Positions 18,435-28,458 of a DNA stretch of 64,000 nt are shown here, in pieces. A program made the position numbers and the translations under genes. The notes beneath the pieces were generated by a model that was not told the DNA's origin, searched no databases, and saw only the letters and a list, made by a program, of their open reading frames with translations. Source of the stretch: Alkalispirochaeta sp. (GTDB lineage: Bacteria > Spirochaetota > Spirochaetia > DSM-27196 > Alkalispirochaetaceae); assembly GCA_965601925.1 (NCBI GenBank), contig OZ271854.1, positions 672,001 to 736,000 of the forward strand, read 5' to 3'. The stretch's first letter is position 1; each line of letters begins with the position of its first letter.

Positions 18435-19757
18435 CTATCCGCGCTTCCGAAACGCTCCGGGCGTCGATCCGGTCTCGCGACGAAAGGCGAGAGTGAGGTG
18501 GCTTTGGTCGACGAACCCTGAGAGTTCGGCGATGTCACCGATGGAGAGGCGAGTGCCGATCAAGAGATCTTGCGCACGTCGCACCCGAGTGCGTCGAACG
18601 TAGCCGGAGAAGGTCTCGCCCATCTCGCGCGAAAACACGCGACTGAGATACCCGGCTGAGACGCCGACAAGCCCCGCCGCGGCCGTGAGACTGATGCGGC
18701 CGCGGTAGGAGTCCTCCACATAGTCCAGGACGCGACGGAGCATCGTCGTGTGGACCGTACCGGCGGGAAGACGGAGTACCGAACCGGTGAATCCGCGCAC
18801 GATACGCGCCATCCAATGCGCGACATCGTTGATATCCTCGAGCCCGTTCAACTCATCGAGGGCGCGATAGTTGAATCCGAAGACGCGATTGGCGTCGGCC
18901 CCGCGGGCGATGACGATACGGGAGAGAAGGATCACAATCTCGCGAGCGCGAATCTTGATGCGCTCCAGATCGGCACCGAGGGTGAAAAACACGTGCCCCA
19001 ATAACTCGTTGAGAAGCGCCTGGGCGCGCTCCCCCTCCCCGGAGCGTATCGCATCCAAGAGCGCCGCTTCGGTTTCTAGCGGGTAGGTCGGAATTCCCGC
19101 TTGGAGCCCCCGCTCGCGACGATACTCTTTAAGCTCCTGAATGTACTCGTTGATCCGCGACTCTCGTTCGAGGCGCTCCGGTCGCGAATCTGTCGCCGGC
19201 GCATCCGTGAGACTGAGAGAAGCGCGATACAGTTGTCGCGAGAGGGCCTCCACTCGGGCGGCGCCGACGAGGGGAATCGCCGCATACATCTCCCGCAGAC
19301 TCGCTTCTTGTGCACGAGCCACACTCTCCGACCGTCGTCGTAGAGGCGCCAGGACATCACCCTCGAAGGTGGCGTCTCCTTCGGCGACGCGCACCGGACC
19401 GCCCACGAGGGTAGCGACGATTCGCGCCCCGGAACGGATCGGCACGACCCAGTGCATGAGGTTACTCCGACAGAGAAATATCTGTCTGCCACCGACGTTG
19501 TCGGCCTGTTCGGCCCGATGGGCATGGTCCACCGCCAGGAGACGGCGATCGGGAATCGCCCCGGCGGCCAAACGACACATCCAGCACGGGTAGTCGCGCA
19601 ACCGCACCGGGTAGAGCACCTCACCGTGCGGATCGACGAGACTACACGGAACGGCGGTCGCAACGGCGGTCTCCCGCGCAACGGAGATCGCGTCGCTTAG
19701 GGAAAATGACCGATCCCGGCGTCCGAGTTCTCCGGTTTCGGTACGATCTTGTGTCAT
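18435..19757 (-). CDS. AraC-family regulator with PocR sensory domain
   Basis: N-terminal 'CWMC..FLC..NL.HWVVPI'; C-terminal double HTH 'YLSRVF...IAELSGFVDQSHL..AFRR.TG.TP'. Confidence 0.85.
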   Translation of the reverse strand: MTQDRTETGELGRRDRSFSLSDAISVARETAVATAVPCSLVDPHGEVLYPVRLRDYPCWMCRLAAGAIPDRRLLAVDHAHRAEQADNVGGRQIFLCRSNLMHWVVPIRSGARIVATLVGGPVRVAEGDATFEGDVLAPLRRRSESVARAQEASLREMYAAIPLVGAARVEALSRQLYRASLSLTDAPATDSRPERLERESRINEYIQELKEYRRERGLQAGIPTYPLETEAALLDAIRSGEGERAQALLNELLGHVFFTLGADLERIKIRAREIVILLSRIVIARGADANRVFGFNYRALDELNGLEDINDVAHWMARIVRGFTGSVLRLPAGTVHTTMLRRVLDYVEDSYRGRISLTAAAGLVGVSAGYLSRVFSREMGETFSGYVRRTRVRRAQDLLIGTRLSIGDIAELSGFVDQSHLTLAFRRETGSTPGAFRKRG

Positions 19758-19820
19758 GAAAATACCATTTCGAGCAAAATCATTATAGCATGATTTCCAA
19801 ACTGGGCCGACAATACCGCC

Positions 19821-20582
19821 ATGCGGTACAAGGTCATCGCGTGCAGTGTGTTCTCTCGCGAAATCGCCATGATCGGCGCTCATTCTGATTCGATCGTCGA
19901 TACCGTGTGGATCCGTCAAGGTTTGCATAACTATCCCGATCTACTGCGGGCGGAAATCCAACGCGAAATAGACCGCGCCGAAGAGGAGGATGAAGGTCTC
20001 GATCGCATCACGCACCCGCCGGAGGGATACGCGGCGATCATCCTCGGCTTCGGCCTCTGCTCCGGAGCCGTCGCCGGACTTCGCGCTCGCCGCCTCCCGT
20101 TGGTGATCCCCCGCAGTCACGACTGCATCGCCATTCTGCTCGGTTCGCACCGTCGCTACACGGGGGAGTTCGCCGCGAATCCCGGGACCTACTGGTTCAG
20201 TCCCGGATGGATCGAGCACTCGACGTTTCCCTGCGGCGCCCAATGCTCGCTCCTGAAGACGCGCCTTGCCGAGCGGTACGGCGAGGACAATGCGGCATAC
20301 TTGGTGCAACTGGAGCGCGACGCCCTCCAATCGTACTCACGCGCGGCACTCATCTGTTGGCCGCAGCTCGACCGCGACCGCTATCACCGACGAGTTGAGG
20401 AGGTCGCCCGCGACTTCGGCTGGCAGTCGGCTACGATTTCGGGCGACAAGGGCCTCCTCGAACGCCTCCTCGCAGGGCAATGGAACTCCGAGGAGGTACT
20501 CGTGTGCCCCGTCGGGAGCACGCCGGAGATGGGAGGCGAAGAGGTGATTCGCTGCGGAGAGGGGACGGTCTCCGATGGCTGA
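19821..20582 (+). CDS. DUF1638 domain protein
   Basis: 'IACSVF', 'GLHN.P..LR', 'LGFGLC', 'PRSHDCIAILLGS', 'YWFSPGW'. Confidence 0.85.
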   Translation: MRYKVIACSVFSREIAMIGAHSDSIVDTVWIRQGLHNYPDLLRAEIQREIDRAEEEDEGLDRITHPPEGYAAIILGFGLCSGAVAGLRARRLPLVIPRSHDCIAILLGSHRRYTGEFAANPGTYWFSPGWIEHSTFPCGAQCSLLKTRLAERYGEDNAAYLVQLERDALQSYSRAALICWPQLDRDRYHRRVEEVARDFGWQSATISGDKGLLERLLAGQWNSEEVLVCPVGSTPEMGGEEVIRCGEGTVSDG

Positions 20583-22185
20583 GGCTACTCGCGGTCGAGG
20601 CGAGGTAACGATAGCGCCGGGAGAGAGTCGCCCCGGCGCAACGGTGCTCGAAGCGCTCGTCGATAACGGGCATGCAGTCCCTCCCGCCCCTTGCGGCGGC
20701 CGAGGGCGCTGCGGTAAGTGCGTCGTAACGATCCCCGATACGCCACCGGAGCCGAGCGACGCAGATACGCGTTTTTTGTCACGTCGGGATCTCGCCGTCG
20801 GCGACCGCTTAGCGTGCGTTTGCCCGGCCGCCGGAGTAACGCGTGTGATCGTGCCGCATCAATACCGAAAAGCGCTTCCAAAGAGCGCCGTCCCGACCTT
20901 CACGACCCCGCCGACGGTCTGGCGACGAGCGCGGAACGAGGGCGCGTACGCGGTAGCGGTCGACATCGGAACGACCACCGTCGCCGTGTATCTCTTCGAT
21001 ACGGCAGCGGGGAACGTGGTTGATGCGGCGGCGGCGATCAATCGTCAAACGGTATACGGCGCCGACATTGTGAGTCGCATCACCTATAGCGAGGAGGGCG
21101 CCGTAGCCCTGGGACGACTCTCAAGGGCGATCAGGGTGCAGCTGGCCGCGATGATCGAGACGCTGTGCGCCGCTCACGGGATCGATACGCGAGAGCTCGG
21201 CACCGCCGCGGTTACGGGCAATACGACGATGCTTCACCTTCTCGCGGGTGTGAGTCCGGCGGGCATGGGACGCGCTCCCTTTCAACCCGCGTTCGTCGCC
21301 CTCAGAGAGGTACGCCCCACCGATCTCGGCCTTCCCCTCGTCGGGACGGTCTTTCTACTGCCCTCGCAGACGGCGTACGTCGGAGCCGATATCGTGAGCG
21401 CCGCAGTCGCGGCCGACATGGATCGCAGCGAGCACACGACCCTCCTTGCCGACATCGGCACCAATGGAGAGCTCGCCCTCGGCCACGCCGGCAAGATCTA
21501 CACGTGCGCGACTGCAGCCGGCCCCGCGTTTGAGGGCGCCTCCATCGGCGCGGGGGTGGGCGGCGTCGCCGGCGCGATCGTATCGTGGCGTCGAGAGGGA
21601 GAGCGGTTCGCCTACGACACGATCGGTGACGAGCCGGTCGTCGGTATATGCGGCGCCGGCCTTCTGGACATTATCGCGACGCTCTTGGTGGACGGCGTCG
21701 TAGACGAGACGGGGCGTATCGCCCGCAGGGAGGATGTTGAGGCGTTCGGAGACGAAGGAGCCCGCACGGCGTGGCGAGACCGACTCGAAGGCGACGGGAC
21801 ACTACGCATCGGCGGACACTATCGGTTGACTCAGCATGATGTGAGAGAGGTGCAGCTCGCCACCGCGGCGATCGCCGCAGGCATCGACGTACTGTGCGCC
21901 GAAGTCGGCATCGCTCCCGCGGCGATAGAGCGTGTCGTGCTCACCGGAGGGTTCGGAAACCATCTGAGCGTCGGGAGCGCCGTCGCAATAGGACTTCTGC
22001 CGGCGTTGCCGCGCGATCGATTCGTCACCATCGACAACGCCGCCGGACGCGGGGCGGTGGAAGTGCTGCGCCGGGAGGGCACGCTGGAGCGACTCGTCGA
22101 GCTCTCGGCGACGGCACGCTACATAGCGTTAAGCGGCCACGCGCTCTTTCAGAAGCGTTACATCGAACACATGATTTTTCCTTGA
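20575..22185 (+). CDS. ATP-dependent reductive activator of corrinoid enzymes (2Fe-2S + ASKHA, RACE/DUF4445)
   Basis: CGGRGRCGKC..RLAC, DIGTTT, DIGTNGE, 'TAAGPAFEG', GICG. Confidence 0.9.
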   Translation: MAEATRGRGEVTIAPGESRPGATVLEALVDNGHAVPPAPCGGRGRCGKCVVTIPDTPPEPSDADTRFLSRRDLAVGDRLACVCPAAGVTRVIVPHQYRKALPKSAVPTFTTPPTVWRRARNEGAYAVAVDIGTTTVAVYLFDTAAGNVVDAAAAINRQTVYGADIVSRITYSEEGAVALGRLSRAIRVQLAAMIETLCAAHGIDTRELGTAAVTGNTTMLHLLAGVSPAGMGRAPFQPAFVALREVRPTDLGLPLVGTVFLLPSQTAYVGADIVSAAVAADMDRSEHTTLLADIGTNGELALGHAGKIYTCATAAGPAFEGASIGAGVGGVAGAIVSWRREGERFAYDTIGDEPVVGICGAGLLDIIATLLVDGVVDETGRIARREDVEAFGDEGARTAWRDRLEGDGTLRIGGHYRLTQHDVREVQLATAAIAAGIDVLCAEVGIAPAAIERVVLTGGFGNHLSVGSAVAIGLLPALPRDRFVTIDNAAGRGAVEVLRREGTLERLVELSATARYIALSGHALFQKRYIEHMIFP

Positions 22186-22195
22186 GGAGGAGACT

Positions 22196-22834
22196 ATGAG
22201 TATCGCAGCGATCTCGGAGGCGTTGCAGAGGGGTAAGGCAAAGGACGTGGAGACGCTCGTGCGGGAACAGATCGATGCCGGCGTCCCGGCGAAGGAAATT
22301 CTGGAGGGCGGCCTGATGGCGGGTATGGATGTCGTAGGTCGCCGCTTCAAGGCCAACGAAATCTACGTACCGGAGGTGTTGATCGCGGCCCGGGCCATGA
22401 CGGCCGGCATCACATTGCTCAAGCCGTTGTTGATCGAGGAGGCGGTTCAAGCGCGGGGCACGATCGTCATCGGTACGGTCAAAGGAGACCTCCATGACAT
22501 CGGCAAGAATCTCGTGAAGATGATGATGGAGGGCAAGGGCTTCAATGTCGTCGATCTCGGGACCGATGTTTCGGCCGATACGTTCGTCGCCGCGGCCACG
22601 GAGCATGACGCCGATATTATCTGTTGCTCCGCGCTCCTTACGACCACGATGATGGAGATGAAGAGCGTCGTGGCCGGGGTGGAAACGGCGGGGTTGCGCG
22701 ACGCAATCAAGATTATGGTGGGGGGTGCACCGATCACGCAAGAGTACGCCGATACGATCGGTGCCGACGCCTATTCACCGGACGCGGCCAGCGCCGCGGA
22801 AAGGGCGCTCGAGCTGGTCGACGCGGCGTCGTAG
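22196..22834 (+). CDS. Methyltransferase cognate corrinoid protein
   Basis: Cap domain 'YVPEVL'; B12 motif 'GDLHDIGKN', 'SALLTTT', 'GGAP'. Confidence 0.93.
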   Translation: MSIAAISEALQRGKAKDVETLVREQIDAGVPAKEILEGGLMAGMDVVGRRFKANEIYVPEVLIAARAMTAGITLLKPLLIEEAVQARGTIVIGTVKGDLHDIGKNLVKMMMEGKGFNVVDLGTDVSADTFVAAATEHDADIICCSALLTTTMMEMKSVVAGVETAGLRDAIKIMVGGAPITQEYADTIGADAYSPDAASAAERALELVDAAS

Positions 22835-22930
22835 GAGGCGCGATCGCGGCGGAGGTTCGGCGCCGAGTCTCTACCGCGCCGTGAAGTCACATAACGAAGC
22901 GCCACATTCAATCTCACACGGAGGAACACG

Positions 22931-24277
22931 ATGACGGGAAGGGAACGCATTTTCAATACGTTCGACCACACACCGGTGGACTGCGTACCGTGGGTACCTT
23001 TTGCGGGCGTTCACGCGGGCAAGCTCATCGGCGAAAGCGCGCGCGCGGTCTACACCGACCGAGCGCTCCTGATACGTTCGCTCGAGGAGGCGCATCGCCT
23101 GTATCGCCCCGACGGATTGCCGATCATGTTCGATCTACAGATCGAGGCGGAGATTTTGGGGTGCGATCTACTGTGGAGCGAGGACGCACCACCGACGGTC
23201 ATATCGCATCCTTTGGAGGATGACGACGATATTCCGGCCGTGCTCCCGAAGGCGGAAGACGGCCGCCTCTCGATGGCTCTTGCGGCGACACGCCACATGA
23301 AAAAACGCATCGGCGGTGAGACGGCGCTGTACGGACTCTTCTGCGGCCCCTTCACTCTTGCCTCTCACCTGCGCGGCACCGCCATCTTCATGGATATGTT
23401 CGACGATCCGGACTACGTCCATCGCCTTCTGTCCTATACCACCGACGTGTGCGAGGTGATGGTCGGCCACTACGTCGATGCGGGCGCCGACGTGTTGGCC
23501 GCGGTAGACCCTTTGGTCTCGCAGATATCGCCGGACCACTTCGCCGAGTTCCTCGCATCCCCGTTTCGTCGCGTCTTCTCGTCGATTCGCGACCGCGGCG
23601 CCAAGTCGTCGTTTTTCGTGTGCGGCGACGCGACACGCAACATCGAGGTGATGTGCGGGACGCATCCGGACGGCATCTCGGTCGACGAGAACATCAACTT
23701 ACCCGAAGCAAAAAAGATCACCGACGCCCACGACATCGTCATCGGCGGCAATATTCCTCTCGCGTCGGTGATGCTATTCGGTAACCAGCAGGACTGTATG
23801 AAGGTGGTAATCGACGAGTTGGACTCGGTTGATCACACCAATTTGATCGTGAGTCCCGGCTGCGACATGCCGTACGACGTTGCGATCGAAAACGCGGTGG
23901 CGTGCGAACAGGCGGTTCATCAGACCGAGCAATCCCGAAGGCTCGTTGCGAACTACACACAAGAGCTCCCCGACATCGCCGTCGCCATCCCCGACTACGG
24001 CGCCCTCTCCCGTCCATTCGTCGAGGTGTTTACCATCGACTCCGACACGTGTGCAGCGTGTACGTACATGTTCCGTTCCGCAATGACCGCCAAGGAGCGT
24101 TACGGAGACGGTATCGATGTGGTGGAATACAAAGCGACCCGGATCGAAAACATCGTGCGTCTCAAGAAGATGGGAGTCAAGCAGTTGCCGAGCATCTATA
24201 TTAACGGCCGCCTCGCATTCGAGTCGATTATTCCGGGACCCAACGCGCTGGACGCGGCGATCGACGCGGTACGATGA
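22931..24277 (+). CDS. UroD/MtaA-family methyltransferase with C-terminal thioredoxin-like CxxC domain
   Basis: 'DLQIEAEILGC', 'GPFTLASHLRG', 'FFVCG', 'GGNI', 'SPGCD'; C-terminal 'TCAACTYM...GVKQLPSIYING'. Confidence 0.85.
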   Translation: MTGRERIFNTFDHTPVDCVPWVPFAGVHAGKLIGESARAVYTDRALLIRSLEEAHRLYRPDGLPIMFDLQIEAEILGCDLLWSEDAPPTVISHPLEDDDDIPAVLPKAEDGRLSMALAATRHMKKRIGGETALYGLFCGPFTLASHLRGTAIFMDMFDDPDYVHRLLSYTTDVCEVMVGHYVDAGADVLAAVDPLVSQISPDHFAEFLASPFRRVFSSIRDRGAKSSFFVCGDATRNIEVMCGTHPDGISVDENINLPEAKKITDAHDIVIGGNIPLASVMLFGNQQDCMKVVIDELDSVDHTNLIVSPGCDMPYDVAIENAVACEQAVHQTEQSRRLVANYTQELPDIAVAIPDYGALSRPFVEVFTIDSDTCAACTYMFRSAMTAKERYGDGIDVVEYKATRIENIVRLKKMGVKQLPSIYINGRLAFESIIPGPNALDAAIDAVR

Positions 24278-25530
24278 GGAAGACACCGACGCGGCAAGGG
24301 GACAGGGGGTCTCGCCTCGCCGCGAAACGAGATACAGACCCCCTGCCGATCGTACACTTCGTAGGTGGATTTCTGGGTAGCGGGAAAACGACCTCAATCG
24401 TCGGTGCGTGTCGTCGCCTCGCGGCCCGAGGCGTTCGCACCGCCATCGTCACCAACGACCAGGGACGCCGACAGGTAGACGAAGCCTTTGCCCGTTCGGC
24501 GGGCGTACCGGCGGTCGGCGTGAGTGACGGATGCCTCTGCTGTCGCTACGACGACTTCGAGACGCGCCTTTTCGATGTGGCACACGAGGCGCGGCCGGAA
24601 GTGATTTTTGCCGAATCGGTGGGTTCGTGCGCCGATATCGTCGCGACGGTCGTGAAGCCCTTTGCGGCGTTTCGCGCAGCCCACCGACCTCGGGGGGTGC
24701 TCAGCAGCTTCGTCGACATTCGCTTGGTCGAGGCGCGCCTCTCGGGCGTGCGCCTGCCGTTCAGCGACAATGTGTTGTACATCTTCGACAAGCAGTTGGA
24801 GGAGGCGGACCTCATCGTGGTGAACAAGCGCGACCGATACGACCTCGACAGAGGGGAGGCGGTACGAACGCTGGTCCGAGAACGCTATCCGGAGAGCACG
24901 GTGCTGCTCCAGAGCGCCTTTGAGGAGTCGGATCTGGAACGTTGGCTTACCGCTCTCGATGAGGGCGTCGACACCCACGAGACCGTCACCGCTCACAAAG
25001 GCGGCCGCCGGCTATCGCCCGCGGAGGTCAAAAAGCCGGCGATGCGCGCCGCATCGAGCCGCACGCCGTTCGCGCTCGACTACGAGCGATATGCAGCCGG
25101 TGAACGGGAAATGGCGTGGCTCGATGAGGAGATCGCAATCGACGCACCGGTGCCCCTCGGGGCGGTATCGGCGTTCTTCTCCGCCCTGGTGGGGCTAACT
25201 CGCGACGGTGGGGCGACGATTGCCCACATCAAATGCCACGTCACGGCGGCGGCCACACATTACAAACTGAGTTGGACGGTCGGGGATGAGTTCACGGAGC
25301 ACCGCGGCGAGGCTCCGCGAACGGTCGACAGGGAGACGATGGGGACGGAAGAACTGGTCGCGCCGATACGCGTAACGGTGAACGTTCGCGCCGTCGCCGC
25401 GCCGCATACGCTTGAAGCCGCAGTCGACGGCGCCGTAGCGGTCTTTACCGACGCCGGAATCGCCGCACGTTCGGAGGGACGCGACGTCTTCCGCCCGGGA
25501 TATCCCGAGCCTGTGCATCGTATGACGTAG
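24274..25530 (+). CDS. CobW/HypB-like (G3E) GTPase metallochaperone
   Basis: 'GGFLGSGKTT', 'TNDQG', 'GCLCC', 'ESVGSCAD', 'NKRD'. Confidence 0.85.
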   Translation: MRKTPTRQGDRGSRLAAKRDTDPLPIVHFVGGFLGSGKTTSIVGACRRLAARGVRTAIVTNDQGRRQVDEAFARSAGVPAVGVSDGCLCCRYDDFETRLFDVAHEARPEVIFAESVGSCADIVATVVKPFAAFRAAHRPRGVLSSFVDIRLVEARLSGVRLPFSDNVLYIFDKQLEEADLIVVNKRDRYDLDRGEAVRTLVRERYPESTVLLQSAFEESDLERWLTALDEGVDTHETVTAHKGGRRLSPAEVKKPAMRAASSRTPFALDYERYAAGEREMAWLDEEIAIDAPVPLGAVSAFFSALVGLTRDGGATIAHIKCHVTAAATHYKLSWTVGDEFTEHRGEAPRTVDRETMGTEELVAPIRVTVNVRAVAAPHTLEAAVDGAVAVFTDAGIAARSEGRDVFRPGYPEPVHRMT

Positions 25531-25561
25531 CATAGGCACCGTTGCGTCGGCCGTCGCGGGC

Positions 25562-25954
25562 TCAAACGTCCGTAAACGCCGCCCTTCTTCCAAATGATCC
25601 CGGCACCGGAGCGTCGCACCAACACGACGAGCATCCGTCGGTATGCAGATACAACGTGATCGGTTCTCCTGGATCGACGGCATCGAGATACGCGAATGAT
25701 CGATTGAGGCGTTGCGCGGCGGCCTCGTCGAGATCGCCGATCAGAAACAGCTGCCGGTTGCGCAGAACCGGGTCATTATAGTCAATCTCCGGTTCCAAGA
25801 AGCCTTCCAAGTATAACTGCTCTACCGCCGCCGCAACGGTTTGCGTCGTAATGTCTATGGAACTCATACCGTCGTTCGACGTGCATCCACCCAAGACGGC
25901 CGTCGCAAGGACGGCGACTACGGGCCGAATAACTCGGTATACCACTCCTATCAT
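25562..25954 (-). pseudogene. Truncated ClpP-like (lipo)protein
   Basis: Lipobox-like 'AVLGGC', then 'RQLFLIGDLDE..A......YLDAVDPGEPITLYLHTDG' (ClpP N-half). Similarity ends before the catalytic Ser/His/Asp. Confidence 0.55.
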
Positions 25955-26104
25955 CCTTTCCGACGGCACCACTCGTCCTGTGAACAGACGCGGCGTCACC
26001 ATGCCATACGAAGATCGGCGCATTACAGTAGCATTCATTTCAACAATAAAAGAATACTATTTTCTATTTGTTATACCGATCGAACGTCTCACTTCATACG
26101 CTAC

Positions 26105-27466
26105 TCACGGTCGTACCGCAATCCGCTCCGGAACGTCCAGCTCGATCCTACGGAGCCACATTCCGGACCGTAGCATCAAGAACCCGACCGTGGCCGTTAC
26201 GATGTTGGAGATGAACATGGCGTACCAAATGCCGTCGGGGCCCAATCCGACGCGCCACGCCAGGAGCATGGCCAAAGGAACGCGCAAACCCCACAGGCGA
26301 ATAATGTTGAGCACCATGATCGGCCGGGTGACGCCGCCGCCCTGGAAGGCGCCGTTGATGACCGTAAAGAGGGTAAACGGTACCACAGAGACCGATACGA
26401 TGCGAAAAAGGGTCGCCCCATGCACCGCGACCTCCGGATCGTCGACGAAGAAGCGCACGACCGAGTTTCCGAAGAAGAAGGTAAGCGTCATCGCCGGGAC
26501 GATAAATGCCAACATGGCCGACACGCTCACGCGGACCGCACGGCGGGCGGCATCCGTCGATCCGGCACCCAACTCCTGGCCCACCAACGCGGCGGTCGCT
26601 CTGGACAGGCCGATCGCCGGCATATTGAATACACCGATGACGCGGTTCCCGACTCCGAAGGCGGCCACAACGGCGACGCCGAATCCGTTCACCACCCCCT
26701 GCAGAACCGTGAAGCCCAGCGCTGCTACCGCCTGACCCGTAGCGAGGGGGAAGCCGATGGAAAGAAGACGTCGCCACGCGCGGCGGTCGGGGCGAAGATC
26801 CGACGGGTGCACGGTGACGTCGTTCCGCCGACGGAGAAGCATCACGACAATCGCCGCGGCTGAGACGGCTCGACTGATGAGCGTTGCCGTGGCCGCACCG
26901 GCTACTCCGAGGGCCGGTATGGGGCCGAGCCCGAATATGAACACGGGATCCAATACCGCGTTGAGCGCCACCGTGGCCAGTTGGACCCGCAACGGCGTTA
27001 CCGAATCGCCGACGCCCTGCAACACCCCTTGCAGGACAAAGAAGAAAAACATGAACGGAGAGGCGGCGAAGATGATCTGCATATAGACTCGCGTCTCTCC
27101 GAGCACGGCGGTGGGGACGCGCAACAGCCACAGAAGGGGACCGATCGCCGCCAGCCCGACGACACACACAACGAGTCCCGTGGCGGTGACCAACCCGACC
27201 GTTTGGGCGGCGAAAAAGTCGACCTCACGACGGCGTCCCGCCCCATGCGCCTGAGACACAAGGGTTGTACCGGCCTGAGAAAAGGCCATTCCGAAGACGC
27301 TTAGAAAGAAGACGACATTAAACGCAATGGAGGGAGCCGATACCGCCTCGGCGCTGAGGCGCCCCAGAAACCACGCATCCACCAGGCTATAGGCGACCTG
27401 CAACAGGTTGGTGAGCATAATAGGTACTGCCAAGCGGAGCAGGCGGGATACGGTTCGAGTGGTCAC
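26105..27466 (-). CDS. MATE family efflux transporter
   Basis: 'LAVPIMLTNLLQVAYSLVD', 'GDSVTPL', 'GVAGAATAT', two-fold repeat. Start uncertain. Confidence 0.88.
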   Translation of the reverse strand: MTTRTVSRLLRLAVPIMLTNLLQVAYSLVDAWFLGRLSAEAVSAPSIAFNVVFFLSVFGMAFSQAGTTLVSQAHGAGRRREVDFFAAQTVGLVTATGLVVCVVGLAAIGPLLWLLRVPTAVLGETRVYMQIIFAASPFMFFFFVLQGVLQGVGDSVTPLRVQLATVALNAVLDPVFIFGLGPIPALGVAGAATATLISRAVSAAAIVVMLLRRRNDVTVHPSDLRPDRRAWRRLLSIGFPLATGQAVAALGFTVLQGVVNGFGVAVVAAFGVGNRVIGVFNMPAIGLSRATAALVGQELGAGSTDAARRAVRVSVSAMLAFIVPAMTLTFFFGNSVVRFFVDDPEVAVHGATLFRIVSVSVVPFTLFTVINGAFQGGGVTRPIMVLNIIRLWGLRVPLAMLLAWRVGLGPDGIWYAMFISNIVTATVGFLMLRSGMWLRRIELDVPERIAVRP

Positions 27467-27748
27467 GATATGACAATGTACTTCAAATAGATCGAAGACC
27501 GCCACATGACACGAACACCGCTCCGTTTGATGAACGCACGGCCCGTTGACGAAGCATCCTTGCGGCACGGCGTCTCACAGTGTCCAAACGAGGACGGCAA
27601 ACCTACGACATAACCCTTCGACCTTCCGCTAAACGCGGTGCCGATCGTCGGCGTTGTAGCGGGATCCGCCGAGAATCTTTCGCACCGTACTACGCTCAAT
27701 CGCGGGACCGGCGGGTCTGAGGATGCTCCTTGTCGTATAGCCTCGGGT

Positions 27749-28285
27749 CTACCAAAACCGACCGCGACTGCGATCGTCCCCACGAGATCGGCCGCCCCGC
27801 AATACATCGAAGAGCGAGTACAAGACGACGCAAACCGGCAACACGACGAGGAGCACAACGCCGAGCAACACCTCGGCTCGATTCCACGGAATGTGCCGTA
27901 TCAACACCGCCTCGGCGGGATCGTCGGGATTGTAGTAGACCGGTACGCGCTCGCCGGCGCCCAGACCGAAGCGATCCCCATAGGTTCCCGCCCGCTCAGC
28001 GGAGCGATACACCCAGTCGAACACGGCGATCCGCGTCGACTCGTATAGCCGTCCGTCGATCTCATAGTGGTACAACGCAAAAAGCCGAAAGCGTTCTCCC
28101 GGCGCACGACTATCGCCGGGCTCGCCGGCACGCACCGCCGCGAACTCCTCAATGAGACCGAGCGTCGCCGGCCATTCCAGCGTCTCGGTGTGGCGTGACA
28201 AAATCAACACCGCCGATAACACGAAGAACGTCGCCGTGAGCGTTCTCAGTCCGAATCGAATCAGGGCCCTGCCCACTCTTTTCAT
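27749..28285 (-). CDS. DUF3592 membrane protein
   Basis: TM, 'WPATLG.I', 'YHYEIDGR.Y', 'VYYNPDDPAEAVL', TM. Confidence 0.75.
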   Translation of the reverse strand: MKRVGRALIRFGLRTLTATFFVLSAVLILSRHTETLEWPATLGLIEEFAAVRAGEPGDSRAPGERFRLFALYHYEIDGRLYESTRIAVFDWVYRSAERAGTYGDRFGLGAGERVPVYYNPDDPAEAVLIRHIPWNRAEVLLGVVLLVVLPVCVVLYSLFDVLRGGRSRGDDRSRGRFW

Positions 28286-28458
28286 GCGTTATCTATCCTT
28301 CGCCCCCGGCCGTGCCGATCGGTTTGCCGACGTCCCCGACGAAACTCCCGTACTGTCGCACATAATCGACACGAAGCGCGACCCCCGGACCCGTGCGACG
28401 ATCAGCGGCGCTGCAAACACCCTTGATATGGAGCGCTTTGCCCCGCATACTTCAATTG

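Noticed and set aside
19757..19821. Cobalamin riboswitch for the corrinoid cluster
   Set aside because: The intergenic region is only about 63 nt and has no B12-box.
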